From the human T2T-CHM13v2.0 reference genome, Homo sapiens: a stretch of DNA of 64,000 nt. This document shows positions 44,750 to 57,745 of this stretch, piece by piece. The DNA lies in NCBI RefSeq assembly GCF_009914755.1, contig NC_060930.1; one strand, given 5' to 3'. A model generated the notes under the pieces. That model made no database searches. It had not been told where the DNA came from and saw only the letters and a list, made by a program, of their open reading frames with translations. Every line of letters begins with the position of its first letter. The stretch's first letter is position 1. A program made the position numbers and the translations under genes.

Positions 44750-44870
44750 ATCTACTTAGTCCGTTTTTCAGATGATGAACAGAGACCCTAGAGGGATTAG
44801 GTGATTTATGTAAAGTTATGTAGTCAGTTCGTGTAAACATTTATTACTAGAAATCAAGATCTTCTGTTTA
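44750..44870 (-). mobile_element. MIR fragment
   Basis: CCGTTTTTCAGATGATGAACAGAGAC...AGGTGATTT. Confidence 0.45.
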
Positions 44871-45039
44871 CAGATAACCTTATATTAATACACCTTTATA
44901 TTAATTTATTTTTTTCCAGTCTTATCTATTATCCCAGGATCAATTTATCTGATTCTAGGAATGCTGAACATTAATTTTAAAATAATTCTATATGTGAGAG
45001 AGTCCTGAGACTCATTGTCAATGTTTTCCTTTATTTGAA

Positions 45040-45830
45040 GCATTGAAAGTGCTATCTTTCCTACCTGAAGCTCTCTTGCCCTTGGGTTCTGTGAAGCCAC
45101 ATGTTCTTACTTCTTGATTTCCGGCCACTTCTTGTGTTTCAGTTGGTGCCTCTGCCTGAGCTACTCTAAATCACAGGCACCACCCAGCCTTGTGTCCTTG
45201 AATGGATTATCTTTCTGCTCCCTCAGTTTCTCCTCAGGGGAGCACTCACTGCCATTTCCTAATTACCAGCTCTCTGCACTTCCAGCCCCAGCACTGGCTG
45301 AGCCTCAGTCTCAGTGCATCTGCCAGTGATGCCATTATCCTTTAGGATGACTCCTGTTCTCTGGCCTTGATTAACACCACCACCGGCAAGCAAGAAACCC
45401 CTGCCTCGTCTTCAACTCTTCCCTCTCTCTTTATACAACTAGCTGATGTCTTTAGCTGTGTCAATTCTGTCTCTTAAATGTATCTTATATCATGTCTTCT
45501 TTTTAAAAATCTATACTACCAGCCTAGTTTAATGAATGTCTTAGCCTGATGATAGAAACATAATCTTCAGCCAATTCCTTTCCCTGTTCATGTCCTTCAT
45601 TGTCATCAGTGCTCTTTCTAAGATGCAGGATGAAATATGATTTTCCTTGCTTGAAACCTTGGAATGGTATCCCATTGCCTGAAGATGGAAGAACACACAC
45701 CTTACCAGGACTTTCATTGCTCTCTATGAGCAGACCACAACCTCTCATTTCAATTCAACCTCCATTATTTGCGTATCCTACAACCTCCTTGTACTAGAAC
45801 TAGATACTTGCTTCCCTTCATCCTTCAGGG
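45040..45830 (+). mobile_element. Degenerate L2 fragments
   Basis: CTTGGGTTCTGTGA..., CCTTGCTTGAAACCTT...CCCATTGCC motifs. Confidence 0.45.
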
Positions 45831-45868
45831 ATTCATGTATTTTACAATAAACATTTACTAAGCCCCTA

Positions 45869-46255
<387 letters not shown>

Positions 46256-46863
46256 CTATCAGTTCGGAGCTTACTCTCTACCAAATATTCTTAATTTTCT
46301 CTGAACAGGTATTGATGAAAGAATCATGAAAAAACAGATTAAAACCTACATGTAATATTGAACACAAGCAAGAAGACAGACAATGAGGATAAAGTATGCT
46401 AAGTGTTAAGACAAGTTAAGCATAGGATACTGTGGATGATTTCCCACCTGTGTAGGAAACCAGATGCAGACTGAGAATCAGGCAGCTGTTGACAGGTCAG
46501 TGTAGACTTTCAGGAAGAGATGGTGACTGATGACACTCAAATGCAAGCATGGAGGACCCAGTCCAGGGAGGGATGGCAACTGATGGAGAAACGGCCCAAG
46601 AAGGTAAGAAGGGAGTGGGCCGGCACATGGAAGCAGGGGCAAGACTCCCCTGCCAGCGTGGCAGATGTGAAGGAAGAAGGGGAAAGGCTTAAGTACTAGT
46701 GAAGTTTAATTAATTGTCTCATATATTGCAAATTCTAGGGGTAGGTAGTTCAAAGGCTGGAATGGGAGCTTGGCAGTGTCACTAGGGAGCCACACTTCCT
46801 CTGCCTCTGAGCTTCCATCCTTACTGTGTGGGCTCCTCATCTTCAGCCTCACTGCTTTGTATC

Positions 46864-47195
46864 CAGTCATCCCCCATTATCCGTGAGGGATACACTCCAA
46901 GACCCCCAGTGAATGCCTGAGACCAACAACAGTATCAAACCCTGTGTAGACTATGTTTTTTCCTGTACATACATACCTATGATAAAGTTTAGTTTATAAA
47001 TTAGGCATGGTAAGAAACGAACAGCAATAGCTAAAGATAAAGTAGAACAATTAGGATGGTACATTGTAATAAAAGTTATGTGAATGTTGTATCTCTCTCT
47101 CAGAATTTCTTTCTTTTACTGTACTCAGCCTTCTTTGTTTATCTTGGGTAACTGAAGCAACAAAAAGCAAAACTTTGTATAAGAGTGGACTACCA
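46864..47195 (-). mobile_element. MER44A-like (Tigger7-derived) MITE
   Basis: CAGTCATCCCCCATTATCC terminus, CCAAGACCCCCAGTGAATGCCTGA, CCTATGATAAAGTTTAGTTTATAAATTAGGCA, and the opposite terminus ATAAGAGTGGACTAC. Confidence 0.8.
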
Positions 47196-47204
47196 TATTC
47201 AACT

Positions 47205-47600
47205 TCTTTAGTTTATTCTGCAGTTACCAATAACGTCTAAATTTCAGTGGCTTAAAACAACAAAGATTTATTTCTCACTCTCATTATATGTTGTCTGAAG
47301 GTTTTCATTCCAGGATGTAAGTTTGAGGAATAGCTTCACTGGAAACATACCATTCTCATGAGAGAAGAAAAGACAGGCAGAGGGGAATCATAGAGCAGTT
47401 CTTAGAGTTCACCTCGGATAAGATGTATGCCATGCTCTGTCGCCTAAAGCAAGTCCTGGGCCGTGCCTAAGCATCAAAGGCCACAGGGACATCCTTCTCT
47501 CACAGGAAGGCATCACAAGTTACATGACAGTCACTAAGGATCTATTATCCTCTAATAGGAGGGCCACAAATAATTGGGTGCAAAGTATAACTGTCACATC
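47205..47600 (-). mobile_element. MLT1 (MaLR) LTR fragment
   Basis: TTTCAGTGGCTTAAAACAACAAAGATTTATTTCTCACTC. Confidence 0.6.
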
Positions 47601-49523
47601 TTTCGAGATTGCAGAATTACTGCACACAGTTACCTTTCACAAATGAGATCAGAGTCAGAATAAGGAGCAACTTTTCTCCCCATCCTCTTTATGTCAAGGG
47701 GCAATATGTATTTGCAATGAGTGAATGAATGTCACCATAGGTTGATGTAATTCCCATCAGCAAATCAACAGATGTTTCTCAAAAAATGCGTCAGGAAATA
47801 CAATATGATTTTGATGCATCAAATTTCTAAGAAAATACAAAAGATAAGGAAATATAAAATTTCACCATCGTAATAGTAGTTATTGCCTAAATTTATTTAG
47901 AATTTTTATGTGCCAATTTCCAAAGCGGAGAAATCATTGCATTCTCCTAGGGCCTATTCAACTTTCAGCATGCCATTCTTCCCTATAGTCAGCCATTGTT
48001 GAGTACTCTGGAAAAACGAAATTCATTTTCATTTCATTTTCATTTTCAGCCTGAGGTAACTCTTTCTAAAATGTTGGGCATTGACTAACTTTCAAACTGG
48101 TTGTGTTGGTCCATGCTGGAGAATATAAAATCACCCAACATTCATCTTTATTGTGCATACATTTGCTTATTGATGGTTAATAAAGAAATCTACAGAATGG
48201 GTATAGCATAAATTGGTAGAGACTTTCTCTGGCTACCAGAAAGTTCAACAACGGCCTCTATGACTTTAACATTTTAGAGTAATGGCAGGCTAATTTGTGA
48301 ATCTTACTCTGCAATATGAAGGTATCAGGTGATGTTGTGTTACTTCCTGTAAATATTCTGATGTTACACAGCTTCCCAAGTCAAATCACACTCTCCACTC
48401 CATGAAGGCCTGAATCCTTGAAATGGAGAAACTTCATGATGACTGTAAGCCATTCCACATGGGAATACTTTGTAGATATATCATTGGTATTTTGGAAAGC
48501 AGTCGTCATGTGATTTTGATTACAGCATATGCAGTATATCTGAGGATTGTTCACATAAGCATTAAATATAAAACTGTCTTGGAGTGTGTCATGGATTTTG
48601 AATCTGAAAAAGTGTGACTGTGTATACCACACATGCTGGGCTATTGGACAGCACTTGCCAAATGCCTTTCATTCCACCTTCACCTTTAACTGAGGAAGGC
48701 AGCACTTGAATATACTATCTGGTTGGTGTGAGAGCCTGTTTGATCAGGTGTTGATGGCCAGTATCTGAGGCTAGGGTCAAGATTCAAGCCCTTTAATAGA
48801 GAAGGGGGTAGGATACCCAAAAGATGAGATGCATAAAAAGGCACAGCAATTTTCTCCTAGGGGAAGAATTTTAAAGCACCTATTAAGGTGATTTGAAATA
48901 CATCAAAACAATGGTTTGTATTGTTTGTATTGAAATTCTTCTGTTTGTGTTGAACTCCTCCTCTCCCCTAAATCTGTAGCAACCTGGACACAATCTAGAA
49001 TTGCACAGCAGATAATGAAGACCTTTTACGTTCGTGATTCTTGGGTCCTCTGGACTGCTCAGCAGCACTCTGAATGGACTCTGCTACTTCTTAGCATATG
49101 AGCCAGAATAGTTAAATTTTTATCCTCCAGGAACAGATGCCAAGAGTTTCAAGCAAAGCATATTAGTCATATTGTTTAAAAGATTGTTGTGAAGTACTTC
49201 CAAGTGGGGAAGATTTAAAATCTTATAACCAAACCCAGGTGTGCACTTATACAACCAATTTCATTTTTATTACAATGAAAGGAAATAAGAATCACTGAAA
49301 TCCACAATTGACCATGAAATCTCTAATTTTAGTTTTTATTTAATTATCTGGCCTTCCAATATTTTGCAAGAAGTGCTGAATACCAGTAAGCCAGAATCTG
49401 ATGGATTTTATATTTTTTCTTTGACCCTACCTACCTTCTATTTACAGCCCATGATGAAATGACCAAATTTCAGGGGTCTGAAGGAGGAGGCCTCCAGATA
49501 ACTCAGAGGCTCTACATTACTAG

Positions 49524-49881
<358 letters not shown>

Positions 49882-50592
49882 CCTGTCTATCTTTTTATTT
49901 AGGGAGGTTAGGCCTCAAGCTTGAGATAAAATCTGTCTTTAAGTTTGGTTTGGGTGGAACACCAAATAGACGATGCCTATTCAGTGCCATTTCTGACATT
50001 TCTGATCTCCTTTGTGATCAATTATATAGATGGTTATCATGCCTAATAGATTATGTATTAAAAATGAGGCAAGCCATTCATCTTTATTGTTACTATCTGA
50101 ATATTCACTTTCATATATATGTACCATTCAGACAGGTAACTTGAAGTAAAGCAATCTCTTTATGTGCCCTCTGGGTTGAAATTGTAACGGTCGCTAAGGT
50201 GTAAATGCATATTTATAATGGTAAAAGTAAAATGCTTTAATAAGTAATGATGATTATATTAGCAAGGCCATTTGGCCCCATATGCAAACAGTAGGCTCTG
50301 ATCCAGCTTTTGTCCAATATGAAAATAGTCATTTTATCTCTGCCTCTCTTCAGGTTAGCTATGAACCTGGGTATGTGTTGAAATTTTTCATCGAGTAAAG
50401 ACTAACAAGCAGATTTATTTGTTGGGTGCCTTCAACCCCTAAAATCCATGAACTCCTAAAGCTGAGATCCCTGTGGCTATCCTGATTTAGTTCCATTTTC
50501 CCCTTACATTATGTGAAGTTGTGCACATAATAAACTGCCACTTATCTGAGCTCATTGAGTTAGGTTTCTGTTCCTTGCACCTAAATTTGACA

Positions 50593-50780
50593 CACTAAAG
50601 CCAAACACCTTTTATTTAACAAAGCGACCTGTAGCCCTTCAAGAGCCTGTAGAGCTGCTGTGTTGGTCCATGTTGGTCCATGTTGGTCCATGTTGGTCCC
50701 TGTTGGTCCATGTTGGTCCCTGTTGTAGTTCTTGAAGGGTTGCAAGTTGCTTTGTTAAATAAAAGGTACTTGGCTTAGTG
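50593..50780. repeat. Inverted repeat (~53-bp arms) enclosing a 10-bp tandem array
   Basis: Arms at 50593-50646 and 50728-50780; (TGTTGGTCCA/C) x 6.5 at 50661-50725. Confidence 0.92.
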
Positions 50781-50836
50781 ACTCATTGGTGATGAAAATT
50801 GTGATTTCTGATGAAGTGAAAGGAGAAGCGGAAACC

Positions 50837-51126
50837 TGGCCCACGCCTGTAATCCCAGCACTTTGGGAGGCCGAGGAGGGCAGATCACTTGAGGCCAGGA
50901 GCTCGAGACCAGCCTGGCCAACATGGTGAAACACCAGCTGTACTAAAGATACAAAAAGTTAGCTGGGCGTGGTGGCACGTGCCTGTAGTCCCAGCTACTC
51001 CAGAGGCTGAGGCAAGAGAACAGCTTGAACTGGGGAGGTGGAGGTTGCAGTAAGCCAAGATCGCACCATTGCACTCCAGCCTGGGGGACAGAGCAAAACT
51101 CTGTCTCAAAAAAAAAAAAAAAAAAA
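50837..51126 (+). mobile_element. AluS, slightly 5'-truncated
   Basis: Begins TGGCCCACGCCTGTAATCCC; A-tail present. Confidence 0.93.
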
Positions 51127-52026
51127 GAGTCTGAAAGAGGTGTATTTTGCTGTCTGTCTCTGGCTTTGTATGAAGATTCGCCTCTTGAAAACAGGCAGAG
51201 GCCAGGGTGCAATGCAGGGTACCAGCCACTGTTGCCTTTAACCGGGCAGCCTGCGGTATTTAAGGATTATAGGAACAGAGTTCAGCTGGGGATTTTTAGG
51301 CATAGTAACTTAATTTCTTTCGCTTAGTTTTAAAAATTCTAATATATTTTATACTTGTAGGAATTACAAAACTTAAATACGGGCTTTAAAGCTAACTTTG
51401 TTACTCCAGATGTCTCCACTTCAAATGGTGGAGAACTGGCAACTTCTAAAATTAACTTCTGTTTATTTAAATCAGACAGCCTAAGATTCCTATTTGAAAG
51501 TATTATATGATAATGTTGCTATTACTATAGCCATTCAGTCCTGTAAAGGGAAAATGCCAAGAGTAAGGTATTGACTATGTTTTTCTTGACTTGGTTATAA
51601 CTATTGAGCTTTTGAGGAAGGCCAAAAAAAGCCCCTTTTTAAAAATACTTTTCCTTCCTGTGCTTGAAACCACCTGAGAAATAAGACACAGAGACACCAG
51701 GTGGAACCAACCGAGAAATAAGACAGAGACACCAGGTGGAAATTAAAAGGTCGGAAATGTTACCGAAGGAGTAGGACAGAGACTGATCTGTGGCCAAATG
51801 GGCTTGATAGTGGATGTATCTACCCACGGCTAGGCACTGCTGGCCAACTGCTGGCCTCCTTAACCAACCATGTGGTCAAGACTTCCCCCTGATCTGCAGG
51901 CAGAAAGATCTGAAAACAGAGGGGAATGCTGAGCTGAGCCAGCTCCATTCTTCCCCAAACTCACCAATCTGACCATTCAGCCTCCCTCCCAAGGCAGGAA
52001 GGAGTGAGGGCCGCAGGTGGAGAGCA

Positions 52027-52192
52027 GGCTGCGGTTCTCAGCCTTGGCTGGATATTAGAACTGCTGAGAAGCTTGGCAAATCCTGACGCGCAGGTCACCT
52101 AAAGGAATTACACAGAGGTTTTTGAGGGTAAGCATTTGTATTTTTAAAACTGTTCAAGTGAACCGTTTTCCAGTCTAGGTTGAGAACACGAG
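52027..52192. mobile_element. MER5-family MITE
   Basis: GGTTCTCAGCCTTGGCT...ATTAGAA and AGGTTGAGAAC inverted termini. Confidence 0.6.
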
Positions 52193-53142
52193 CTGCAGTG
52201 GCAATTTTCCAGACGGAAATGTGAAGCTGGGCAGGGAGCTTCCTTCATCTGCCACTGCTTCCCGGAGGGAAGTTGATCTGGGGTTTTGGGTGTTGTCTTG
52301 GGTAGTGTTGGGAGAGAGTACAAATGATGATGTCTCCGTCTTTTGAGGCTGTGCTGATTTGTTCCTCAGGATTGGGTAAATAAATGTTCCATGAGAGTAT
52401 TTTGCTGTTGAAGGGAAGTAATCCTGTGGAAATGTGTGAATACCTTGTACAGGCGTTGTTTAGGTAAATGAGTGTTCAAATTTTCTAAGACTAAATCCAT
52501 ATAGAATAGTAAAGATTTGAAACGATCCTCAGAACAAACTAAACCTAAACCACCAGGCCATTAATTTCTGTGCATGTGTGTGGCCTGAGGGCTTAATGAC
52601 GCAGCTCACACTGGTCACAGCCACTGTGCTGACCAGGAGGGAGTGTCCAGCAGCACCCCCAGTGGTCTGCACTTGTTACCTCATGGGTATTTGTAGAACA
52701 CAACAGATATGTTGGTGTGCAAATGGAGCAATGTTGTCACAGTTTGACAGCAATTTGGATGGATGATGGAAAGAACATTTCCCTCCCCGTTTTGTCTCTT
52801 GTCCATACCTTTGAGCCATTCTCCTCTGAACATAAATCTCCCACTAGTTACTATCCTATTGCCAGTTGCCTAAGGTAATGAATAGTTGCTTGAACTTGTG
52901 TTGGTGGATTGGAGCAAACTCACTGCCACTTCTAGGGAAAGGGAAAGTCCTTCAAGTGATCTATCCTAATGATTGCAAGTCATCAATAATCCCACAGTTA
53001 GTGAGACGTCTTTGTGGGGGTTTGTACAGTTCTAATCACTTTATAAAAATAATGGAGAGAGTTTGGGCCTATGAAACATACTGTCTGAGCAGGGAGATAA
53101 CACGCACACACACACACACACACACACAGACTTAAATATCTA

Positions 53143-53427
<285 letters not shown>

Positions 53428-53629
53428 GATTTCAATATCTGTGTAAGATCTTAGCGTTAAAAAAAAATCAGGTGCTACGAGTTATAAGTTCCGTAGTGCA
53501 GAAGAAGAAATGTTTGCTGGGAACCTCAGGAAGGCTTCTTGTTCCAGTATTTTGTCCTGCCTGGTTAGCGTGTGAAAGCCAGCCAATGAAAGGAGGCCTG
53601 CTGCTCATCAGTGTCGGCCAACGATGCTT

Positions 53630-54168
53630 CCTATCAAGCACGTCTTTTCATTCTGATGCTTTGACATCTGGGGCCTTGCTGACCCTGGAAGGGATGGCCT
53701 CTCCCAGGGTTCACTAGTTCCTAGAGACAGTAAAGTGAGTGCACCTTTTAACTGCAAACCGACCAGCCCAGAGTCCACATTCCAGCCACCTCCTTTATAG
53801 GTTCTCACACTCCAGGCCACTATCCCTCTGCCCTAATCATCCCAGGGCCAGGTAACAGGCAGCTAGAGACAGCCGTGTGCCCAAGCCCACTGAGATTACG
53901 CAAACTGCCCAGTCCTAAAGCTGCTTGCCCGCCTCTTCTGTTCCTTCCTGCTGATACCACAATAGAGGCTCATGTCACAATTTCCCCTCACTCCGCCTCC
54001 TGCACTTCCCTGTGTGGCCCGTGTGGTGTGTTGCATGTGATGTGTGCTGCCCTCTCCCCTTCGGAACTGTGAATAACAAACTGTCTTCTCAATGACAGTC
54101 ATCGAGTCATCTTCTGATCTGCTGGCCTCACCATACCTGAATAAGAATAAAACCCACATTTTAAAACC
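53630..54168 (+). mobile_element. MER74-family (ERVL) LTR
   Basis: TTTGACATCTGGGGCCTTGCTGACCCTGGA...CCCAGGGCCAGGT...GGCCTCACCATACCTGAATAAGAATAAAACCCACATTTTAAAAC. Confidence 0.8.
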
Positions 54169-54202
54169 TACCTTTTTCCTGCTGCCTTCGAACACAGTCT
54201 GT

Positions 54203-54206
<4 letters not shown>

Positions 54207-54247
<41 letters not shown>

Positions 54248-54248
54248 T
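54207..54248 (+). repeat. (TG)n microsatellite
   Basis: Visible directly. Confidence 0.95.
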
Positions 54249-54397
54249 ATTTCAGCTCCCAGCAAGCTTTCTAATGTATTAAAGTGAAGGTGGGGTATTG
54301 TAAAGTGTTTTTAGGTAGCTTTGATATTTTTAGGCCATCTACTTTTCTTTCATAGACTTTTCCATTTCGCTTTTAACATCTTGTCTTTATAAAGTAT

Positions 54398-54580
54398 TTT
54401 TTAAAAACTTTATTTTGAGATAACTGTACATGCAGTTGTAAGAAATAATGCAGTTAGATCCCACATATCCTTCATCCAGTTTCCCCCAGTGGTAACATTT
54501 TGAAAAACTACGTTCAATATCACAACCAGGAAAATGACACTGGTGCAATCTGCCAACCCCACTCAGATTTCCCTGGCTCT

Positions 54581-54624
<44 letters not shown>

Positions 54625-54975
54625 CCATCACATGGGCAGATCCTGTGGGCACCACAGTCCAGATGCAAAGCAGAGAGCAGCTCCCCACAGGGATCCCGTG
54701 TGCTGCCCTTTTATAACCACTACCAACTTCTACCCAACCCCTCCCTAGTCCTTGGCAGCCACTAACCTGTTCTCCTTCTCCATAATTTTCTCATTCAGAC
54801 ATGTTAAATAAGCTGTTATATAAGTGGAATCATACGATATGCCACCTTTTGGTGTTTTTCTCCCACTCAGGATGCTTCCCTTGAGATGCCTCCAAAGTGC
54901 TGTGTATATCAGAACGTTGTTCCTTTTCATTGCTGAGTAGCGTTCCATGGTGTGGATGTGCCAGGGTGTGGACAC
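54398..54975 (-). mobile_element. L1MC-type 3' end containing (TG)n at 54582-54620
   Basis: AACTTTATTTTGAGATAA...GCAGTTGTAAGAAATAAT...CAGTTTCCCCCAGTGGTAACAT...CACAACCAGG. Confidence 0.8.
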
Positions 54976-55203
54976 TGTAACAGGACATTACAACAACAAA
55001 TATATGGTTGTTTAAATCATACACTTGCCACCTGTATTAGTCCCAAGACTCCACATTCATTAACTCAAATATTCTTATCTCCCGTGGCTGCCATGTGACA
55101 TCCCCCTGTTCCTACCCCGTCAAAGCTCTCCTGTCACTTTCAAAGAGAATCTATCTCTAAAATCGGAGGACAAACCTCTCTGTAACCTCAGGATAGTTAA
55201 TCG

Positions 55204-55317
55204 TTTTCTGTGCACCTCATTCCTGGGGATAATTACTCATTTTCTGTGCACCTCATTCCTGGGGATAATTACTCATTTTCTGTGCACCTCATTCCTGGAG
55301 ATAATTACTCATTTTCT
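55204..55317 (+). repeat. Minisatellite, 36-bp unit x 3
   Basis: TTTTCTGTGCACCTCATTCCTGGGGATAATTACTCA at 55204, 55240 and 55276, with one substitution. Confidence 0.95.
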
Positions 55318-57639
55318 CTTTGCTTCATTTTCCCCTTCTATATATGGAACTAGCAAGTATTTCTATTTCTAATGTTGAAAAGGTTAATGTGATCACTTGT
55401 GTTTACACAGCCTGAGACAGGTTATATAAATTATTCAGACTATGTATGTGTGAGTCACCTCTCTCCCTTAACTAGACCTAAAGCAATAGGTGATCAAAAA
55501 TAGCTTCATCAGCAGAACGCCACCTTTTCCCAGCCAGGCCCTGTTCCCTGTAGCACTTAGTTCTCAGAATCCTGCCTTTCCAGGGGTCCAGGGCTTAGAC
55601 TTTGTCCAGGAACAAACCGCTTGAAGTTGGCAGACAATTATTCATTATCAGCTCCTTAAGAAGGAATTAACTGGACCTGCACAGGATTGGACTTGTAACT
55701 CAATTACGACATTAATTTAAAAGGTGACTTGATAAAGGCCAGGCAGAGGCCACATGAATTCCCCTTTCTGGCTAAAATTTTGCCTGTATCCTGGACTCTG
55801 TGCTTACTACATCTTATTTTTATTCCTCTAAGTACCAAAAAAGAATGCTTATGCATTTATAGCCATCATCATAGAATTATCAGAATTTTAGACTTGTTGG
55901 AATTTCAACCAGACCAACCTCTGGATGTCCCAAGCTGAACTATTGCTGTCTGAACACTGTGGTTCCTTAGCCACAGCTTCAGGGCAATGGCATCCCTTCT
56001 GCTGGGCTCAGGGTCTCTGTACCCAGTACGATTGACCCTGCTGCCTGGGTTGTAGCAGGAATATGATTTTGAAACTTTTCCCGTTGATTTTGATGATCAT
56101 GCAGGTAGGGGATCTCTGTCCTAGGGGGCACTGCAGGAAAGCCCCTTCCAAGTCTTTGCCTCCTTAAAATAAGCAGGGTCAGGAAACTATGCAAAGAGAT
56201 TGAGGTTGCTTTGAGGAGCCTGGGGATGAGCTGGAGTCCTCACAGTTCGGGAAGTTGAATGCCTCAGTGGACAGGCACTATGTGGCCCAGCTGGCTCAGC
56301 TGGCTCCCAGGCAGAGCAAGCGTGAACTTGGCAATCGTTTAGCCTCTGATAGGGGGACAGTTGGCCTCTTTTTGGTCACTAGGAGGGTGTAGTCAACTAA
56401 CAGAAAATCCTGCAAACCGGATCTTCCAAAGAGCTGATGCTATGTCCTGTCCAAGGCCGGTGCATACCTTGGAGTGTCAAATATGAGATAATATACTGCA
56501 GCTGAAAGGAGTATTTGTTACTCATTAAACAACACAGAAGTTCTGAGTAACCAGCTTGCTTCCCTCTGGGGACTTAGTACAGGGAGACATCTTGCTCTGT
56601 AGAAAATCAGAGCAAGATGCCTGCCTTTTGCAGTAATGGCTATAGCAAATTACCATGGGTTTGAATGACACTAGTAGAGTGCTGATTACTAGACAATTAA
56701 AAACAAGGAAAGGGAATGCTATTATAAAAGAGGAAACATTTTGTGGACCTTGAAGTAGAAGTAACGCTAGTTTGTAAGGCTCTCTAGTCTGCTTGTTATT
56801 TGGTGCCATATTCCATACACCTGGTTTGTTTCTAAAAATCACACAGCAGGTAAATGTAAATGTGAAGTTTCTCACATAATGACAAACATGCTAATTTAAT
56901 ATACTTTTGAAGTTCCATTACTTTTAAGTAAGTAAAGCTGCCAGACTTTTGCGTTTTCCTCAATATCTGAAAATCACCTTTCCGACAGGATGGAGCTGTA
57001 GCAGGGTGGCTTATTTGTAATGAAGTCGAATTGCATGTGATTTTGCCACCAGCATTTCCAGTCTTGAACTTCTTAAGTGCCAACTACATATTTCTGAGCA
57101 AATAAGTAAATGAATAAGGTTGCCTGTTAGCAAGAAAAGAATGTTACTTTGTATTATATTGACTTGCATTGCCTTGAAGAGAAAAGAATTGCCCAATACG
57201 AATATAAATTACTTTATAAATCCAGTGGCAAAAAGAAGTACTTGGTTCCAAGTGTCGCTCATATAGTCTGGACAAGTCCAAGTGAACAATGTGTGTTTGA
57301 TCAGTGAAGGTCCTCATGTTTTCTAATCATTCTTTATTCACTCCTTAAGGCTTTATTTTTTAAATTCCACAGCTGGGAAAAGTGAGAACAATGATACAGG
57401 ATCATAGCTGCCTTTTTGAAGTAGATTTCTTCAGCATGCAGGAAACATAATGTTTTGTTTTTCTTAATTTTTATCATTCTTCCCATTCTTTTACCAGAAC
57501 TCTCTTCTTCCATGTCTGGAATATTCCTGATGGGAAGCTGGACATTTAGGATGAAGCAGCAGGACTGTGTTGAGAGCTATTCCTCCCAAAAAGCCATGTC
57601 TTCTTCAATAATGCTAAGTGGCAGTTGTTCTTCAAAAAT

Positions 57640-57647
57640 TATCTATA

Positions 57648-57689
<42 letters not shown>

Positions 57690-57745
57690 ATCTATTTCTC
57701 TATCATCTCTATCAATTTTCTATCTGTCTATCTTATGAAAACTCT
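57640..57745 (+). repeat. (TATC)n STR with degenerate flank
   Basis: About 10 perfect units at 57648-57688. Confidence 0.93.

Noticed and set aside
48103-48114. TGTTGGTCCATG matching the loop unit at 50661-50725
   Set aside because: A single 12-nt match with no flanking similarity is too weak to interpret.
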